NCBI GenBank assembly: GCA_029881655.1
Contig: JAOUME010000001.1
Coordinates: 2,351 to 66,350, forward strand
Reading direction: 5' to 3'
Source: Deltaproteobacteria bacterium
Lineage (GTDB): Bacteria; SAR324; XYD2-FULL-50-16
DNA: 64,000 nt
In this document: in pieces, positions 61,613 through 64,000 of the stretch
How positions within the stretch are numbered: the stretch's first letter is position 1
Layout of the letters: each line of letters opens with the position of its first letter
The notes under the pieces: model-generated
Told to the model about the DNA's origin: nothing
Databases searched by the model: none
The model's input: only the letters and a program-made list of their open reading frames with translations
Position numbers and translations under genes: made by a program

Positions 61613-63664
61613 CTAACCGATCTCCGAGGTGATCTTATGGACCAAAAAATGGTGGATCTGCCCTGGATCGAGTTTGACGAACAACAAATCCTCTTTCAAG
61701 GAGGCCGAGAGATAGATATATTGCGCTCCATCCTGGTTTAGGTCTAAAAAACGGTACTCTCCCTCGAAATTGAGATCGATGACCTTCTCCAGCTGAACGT
61801 GGCCCCAATGCTCCATATCGTCCAGATTAAAGATGACCAACTCAGCCTCGATGTTGATGTCTTTTAGACCCGCTTCCATCTTTAGGACGCTCCATTTTTT
61901 GTCTTTACCCCTATAAACGATTGGCCGATCTTTTGGATCGCTGAAAACGCAGGAAAGTTGACCGCCCGGGTTTTCCTCGATTTCAAGATCATGGAAATAG
62001 TCAAAAAATCTGATCTCCCTCTTGCCAATCCTGAGCAATTTATCCCTCAAATCCCTATCCTCCACCATCCGCTCGATGGGAGGCGAAAAAAAGCTCCAGT
62101 TATTCCATTCGTTCCCAACTTCACCGGATGTGCCTGGCTGTAGATTGATGTTATTTTGAACATCGGGCTTGCGGAAGGCCGGACACAAAAGCGAAATCAG
62201 GCTTGAGAGACTAAAAAGAACTTCTTCCGATTTTGACCCGAAACAAAGTCTCCTGACGATCTCAAACGAAAATTCGTCGCTGATTTCCTCAAGCGAAAGG
62301 GGAATATCACTTGCGACAAAGGGCAGCCCCAAAACCCTCCTGCAGAAATCAAGGATATTGGCCTCATCCTCAAAGTCATCCCTCGATCCTTTCTTGTTGA
62401 GAAGATACTGAAGCAATGTCGAGGTATCGTGCGTCTCAACCGTCAGTAATGTTTTTTCGCTATAGTTCTTAAGAGGTTTCCGCTTCCAATTATCATTTTC
62501 CCAACGGACAATCGCCATCCCGCTGATGTTTTCACCTTTCTTTATATAATCCTTGAGTACATTCTGAGTAACTTTAACCCGCTCAGCATCACCTGCGATC
62601 TCTCCTCTTATTTCCAAACCGCACTGAATCGCCAGATCCAGGAACCATCTGAGATTCTCTTTCCTCATTATTTCATTCTCGGTTGTGAAACGACCGTTAG
62701 GTCCACTTGTCGCTTTTTTTAGCCGCATAGGAAGAGTATACTGACCGCACCACCCCACCAGATGATCAATGAAGATACCACTTCCGATTTTTCTAATCCA
62801 GCTTAAGCGTTGAATCAAATAGTCCTTGAGTCCCGGGGTTTTTTCTCGGTAGGCCGCAATTCCCCATGCCTGCTCGGGATAACCGTTTTGCGGTTCGGGA
62901 GAACAGCCCACTTGGCGGCTTTGATCGAAGACCTCCGGATGGAAATAAACATCCGGACTATGGCACTCGATCCCGAAGGGTAAGTTGACGATAATCCCGA
63001 TCTTTTTCATATCCAGTGCCTGAATCAGGTTTTGTCTTTGCTCGAAACACAGGAACTGAATATAGCGGTGATATAATAGCCGCTCCCTATTCTCCAAAAC
63101 CAGTTTTAAGACCTTGGGATGGTTGACCTCACGGTATTCTTTCCTGTCCAGGGAAATGGATTTTTCCTTGTAAAGCGCAAAAAGAGCATACTCGTTTATC
63201 CAGTAACGGGCGGTCTCCAAAAAAGACTCGAACTCCTTGTTCCTCTGGATGGAAACCTGAGTGATAAATATTTTAAAGCATTCCCTTAAGACCAGATCCA
63301 GCAGACTCCGCTTTAAGGTATAGCTTACCCGGCGGTTTGAACTGAATTTCTCCTTGTAGCTCAGCTCGATCTCGGTCAAAAAACGAAAGAGTGACTTGTT
63401 CAGGTTAAGCTCGGGTATCAAAAACAGATCCAGTTCATCAGGATTCAAGGCGAACCCGCTGTTTAGTGAAAAAGGACTGGCTGTATCGGATGAACGACTG
63501 CCGTTGGGAAGATCATAAATATCTCCCCGGATGCCCAACTCAACCATCAGGTCGCTTAAATGATGAAGGCCCGCGATAGTTCCTGTACCCAAGGACCTGC
63601 CCTTTACGCTGTTGAGCTGTGAAGTCGCAACCAGTAGATTAAGTTTCATGGAACCCTTTTTCAT
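61613..63664 (-). CDS. malQ: 4-alpha-glucanotransferase (GH77 amylomaltase-like).
   Basis: The N-terminal pattern GTGTIAGLHHL...SPFSLNSGFALNPDELDL matches the GH77 signature (GIGDLG...SPYS..S.FA.NPLLI). A DHLVGW catalytic-Asp context is present. Confidence 0.5.
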   Translation of the reverse strand: MKKGSMKLNLLVATSQLNSVKGRSLGTGTIAGLHHLSDLMVELGIRGDIYDLPNGSRSSDTASPFSLNSGFALNPDELDLFLIPELNLNKSLFRFLTEIELSYKEKFSSNRRVSYTLKRSLLDLVLRECFKIFITQVSIQRNKEFESFLETARYWINEYALFALYKEKSISLDRKEYREVNHPKVLKLVLENRERLLYHRYIQFLCFEQRQNLIQALDMKKIGIIVNLPFGIECHSPDVYFHPEVFDQSRQVGCSPEPQNGYPEQAWGIAAYREKTPGLKDYLIQRLSWIRKIGSGIFIDHLVGWCGQYTLPMRLKKATSGPNGRFTTENEIMRKENLRWFLDLAIQCGLEIRGEIAGDAERVKVTQNVLKDYIKKGENISGMAIVRWENDNWKRKPLKNYSEKTLLTVETHDTSTLLQYLLNKKGSRDDFEDEANILDFCRRVLGLPFVASDIPLSLEEISDEFSFEIVRRLCFGSKSEEVLFSLSSLISLLCPAFRKPDVQNNINLQPGTSGEVGNEWNNWSFFSPPIERMVEDRDLRDKLLRIGKREIRFFDYFHDLEIEENPGGQLSCVFSDPKDRPIVYRGKDKKWSVLKMEAGLKDINIEAELVIFNLDDMEHWGHVQLEKVIDLNFEGEYRFLDLNQDGAQYIYLSASLKEDLLFVKLDPGQIHHFLVHKITSEIG

Positions 63665-64000
63665 CTTTCAACTTAAATTCAAGTATCTTGCTCTCAGGAT
63701 TAAAGGGCTTTAGCTGATTTAGCCCCAGTTCTCCGGCGATTTCTTCAACCTTCTTCTCTTGCTGGCTACTTGAGAGTTCCTCGATCCGCCCAGGATCAAG
63801 CAGGGCCTCCAAGGGGATCATCCCCACCAGTTCAGAACCGGTTACGTCAACGCCAAGCCTGAGTGCTTCCTGGCGAATGGTATGAAATACCCGAACCAGT
63901 GGTGATTTTCTGAAATCTAAAATATTGGTGCTAACCTGAGCTTGTTGAAGCTCCTCCATGTACCAGCCGATCGCCTTGACGAATTTTAACATCCCTTCTC
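63639..64000 (-). CDS. Formiminotransferase-like protein (FtcD C-terminal subdomain), 5' partial at the window edge.
   Basis: The GVDVTGSELVGMIPLEAL motif resembles the formiminotransferase C-subdomain. The reading frame is open to the end of the window. Confidence 0.3.
   Translation of the reverse strand, partial: EGMLKFVKAIGWYMEELQQAQVSTNILDFRKSPLVRVFHTIRQEALRLGVDVTGSELVGMIPLEALLDPGRIEELSSSQQEKKVEEIAGELGLNQLKPFNPESKILEFKLKDEKGFHET

Noticed and set aside
1-64000. tRNA, tmRNA, rRNA, CRISPR repeats, transposase or integrase genes.
   Set aside because: Scanning the intergenic regions revealed no GTTCGANTC-type T-arm motifs, no regularly spaced direct repeats and no transposase or integrase-like ORFs.

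Overview
The window reads as a low-GC (about 40-45%), gene-dense bacterial chromosome segment of roughly 60 protein genes. I found no rRNA, tRNA, CRISPR array or mobile element. Core metabolism and housekeeping genes recognised: a GH57 glucan branching-type enzyme (5' partial), ferritin, serA-serC-proC, selD, leuA, trpS, gmhA, guaA, rho-rpmE-prfA, murJ, lepB and thiD. There is an flhF-flhG-fliA flagellar regulatory operon and a complete Na+-NQR operon, nqrABCDEF-apbE-nqrM. c-di-GMP signalling genes are present (GAF/HD-GYP and PilZ). Secreted and envelope proteins include a 1181-aa TPR-CHAT protease and a LysM/M23 lipoprotein. Main observations: (1) selD is a selenoprotein; an in-frame UGA aligns with the catalytic Cys of E. 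coli SelD and is followed by a SECIS-like hairpin with a GGUC apical loop. (2) leuA is preceded by a Leu-codon-rich leader peptide ORF (LGLLLLLL) plus a terminator hairpin, a classical attenuator. (3) nqrC carries an apparent 1-nt frameshift inside an otherwise intact nqr operon. (4) A roughly 930-bp ORF-poor stretch upstream of thiD looks like a decayed gene and holds a perfect 10-bp inverted repeat. (5) There is a tightly packed operon of poorly characterised genes (ParB-N-like, extended SpoU methyltransferase, a 407-aa unknown, a PHP phosphoesterase, a membrane protein). (6) There is a 1044-aa orphan protein with no recognisable domains. (7) A 9-4-9 AT-rich palindrome sits over the ferritin promoter. 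All calls rest on reading the sequence and recalling family motifs; no database search was possible.
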